DNA of 64,000 nucleotides, from positions 64,001 to 128,000 of IMG/VR virus record IMGVR_UViG_3300043395_000996; one strand, given 5' to 3'. The notes under the pieces are model-generated. The model was not told where the DNA came from and did no database searches. It saw only the letters and a list, made by a program, of their open reading frames with translations. This document shows, in pieces, positions 62,702-64,000 of this stretch. A program made the position numbers and the translations under genes. Origin of the DNA: a virus. How positions within the stretch are numbered: the first letter of the stretch is position 1; the number at the start of each line of letters is the position of its first letter.

Positions 62702-64000
62702 TTACTCTTTACCAAAATCTTCCATTAAAATAGTAGTTTTATTACCATTCATATCTTTGAAAATTTCTCTTGCTTCTCTTTGAGCTTTTTGTTTTAAAGT
62801 TTTAATTCCCAATGGGTCTCTTCCCAAAATGTGGTCATCTTTTTCATATCTAACCGGGTCTTTTGGTCTACCAACTTCTCCTTCTAATTCTAATTTCAAT
62901 TTATTCAATTCTTCTTCAACATTTGTTGGTGCTTCAGTTCCCGTTTCTTTTGCCGGGTCAACACCTTGTGTTTCAATTGAAGTTAAACGGAATGCTTGTT
63001 TAGTATCTTCTATGATATCCAATGTTAATTCATCTTGCTCTTCAGGAGTCATATCCATAATTGCATCGTACATCCATTTTTTAGAGAACATTTTTGTTTG
63101 TTGCATTTGCTGAATTAATGCTACTTTAGAAGTGTATAATTCAACTTTTTCTTGCTCATAAATTTTAGATGGAACAGTTAATTCTAATGAAAAATCTAAA
63201 TCTTCTGCATTTTCTAAACCTTGTGAGTATAAGTGAACGATTGCAATCTTCGTTAATTCGGATACTAATACTTTTTGAATTCTTTCAATTGTTTTTGCAA
63301 AACGAACATCTTGTCCTGCCAAAGTGGCTTTACCACTTGTATCTTCCCCATATCCTAAAAATACTTTTGGAATTTTTAGAGCTGCCATCATTTTATTTTT
63401 CAAATAATTGATGTCATTACTCATATCATATTCTAAACCTTTTAATGTATCGATATTAGTGCCATTATCGCTACCACGAACTGGCATATAATAATCTTCG
63501 ATTAAGTTTTGAATATTGTATTTTAAATTATATTCTCCCGTATTTGGGTCTATAAATGGAACTTTTTTAGAAGTATTGATAATCTTTTGCATATAGTTAT
63601 CAACTTCATTAGGTGGAATGTTACCAACATCCACTTTAAAAATTCTCTTTTCAGGAGCTCTCATAATACGATGGATTAACATCGCATCTTCCATTAAAGT
63701 TAATTGTTTCCAAACTCTTCTTGCGCCTTCTACCATAGATTTACCATATGGTAAGAAGTTTGAATCACCCATCAATCTAAAGTGAGCGATTTCATAATTT
63801 TCATATTCTTGCTTTTGCCCCATCACATTACTTTGTGAGTATGCGCTGTTTGGATTTTGATATGGAGCATATACGAATTTAACTTTTTGTGGATTTAATG
63901 GGTCAAATCCTTCAACTCTCGATGTTTCATAAACTGAAAGTGGTTGGACATTTACAATACCCAATCCTTCTGCAATTTCTAAATGTAAAAAACAATCTCC
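62702..64000 (-). CDS. Portal protein (T4 gp20-like), N-terminus beyond the right edge
   Basis: The frame is open to the edge (GDCFLHLEIAEG...); LMEDAMLIHRIMRAPEKRIFKVDVGNIPP...EDYYMPVRG...ALKIPK..LG. Confidence 0.95.
   Translation of the reverse strand, partial: GDCFLHLEIAEGLGIVNVQPLSVYETSRVEGFDPLNPQKVKFVYAPYQNPNSAYSQSNVMGQKQEYENYEIAHFRLMGDSNFLPYGKSMVEGARRVWKQLTLMEDAMLIHRIMRAPEKRIFKVDVGNIPPNEVDNYMQKIINTSKKVPFIDPNTGEYNLKYNIQNLIEDYYMPVRGSDNGTNIDTLKGLEYDMSNDINYLKNKMMAALKIPKVFLGYGEDTSGKATLAGQDVRFAKTIERIQKVLVSELTKIAIVHLYSQGLENAEDLDFSLELTVPSKIYEQEKVELYTSKVALIQQMQQTKMFSKKWMYDAIMDMTPEEQDELTLDIIEDTKQAFRLTSIETQGVDPAKETGTEAPTNVEEELNKLKLELEGEVGRPKDPVRYEKDDHILGRDPLGIKTLKQKAQREAREIFKDMNGNKTTILMEDFGKE

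Noticed and set aside
199-63411. The plus-strand ORFs and the nested minus-strand ORF 36699-37061 in the track
   Set aside because: Almost all overlap well-supported minus-strand genes, show no recognisable motifs, and have no oriented promoters; they are shadow ORFs.
1-64000. Alternative genetic code (stop-codon reassignment, seen in some large phages)
   Set aside because: Core genes are full length and tightly packed under code 11, and TAG serves as a real stop (for example at 6801 and 6922).
1-64000. tRNA or rRNA genes
   Set aside because: The intergenic gaps are short and I saw no cloverleaf or T-loop (GTTCGA) signature in them.

Overview
A 64-kb segment of a large (jumbo-type), AT-rich myovirus with T4-like architecture. 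All convincing genes lie on the minus strand. The host is very probably a Bacteroidetes (Flavobacterium-like), based on five exact TTTG-N20-TATATTTG promoters, A-rich leaders without Shine-Dalgarno sequences, and a Bacteroidetes-type ribosomal protein bS21. In transcription order (right to left) the window holds: portal (cut by the window edge), small head proteins, prohead protease, a Dps-like protein, bS21, scaffold, major capsid, neck and tail-terminator genes; seven fibre-like genes; a glycosyltransferase and a Hint-LamG protein; sheath and tube; an island of four small early genes; tail chaperone with a frameshift extension, tape measure and baseplate; then a replication and nucleotide module (PhyH-like dioxygenase, short PolA-like protein, dCMP deaminase, SSB, RecA, 5' exonuclease, GroES, helicase, NrdAB, PhoH, thioredoxin). 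The module ends in a candidate DNA-hypermodification cluster (two Mom-like GNATs, a DUF4338/DruA-like protein and a GT-B glycosyltransferase) coupled to a family B DNA polymerase that runs off the left edge. All family assignments come from motif recognition by eye; no database search was run.
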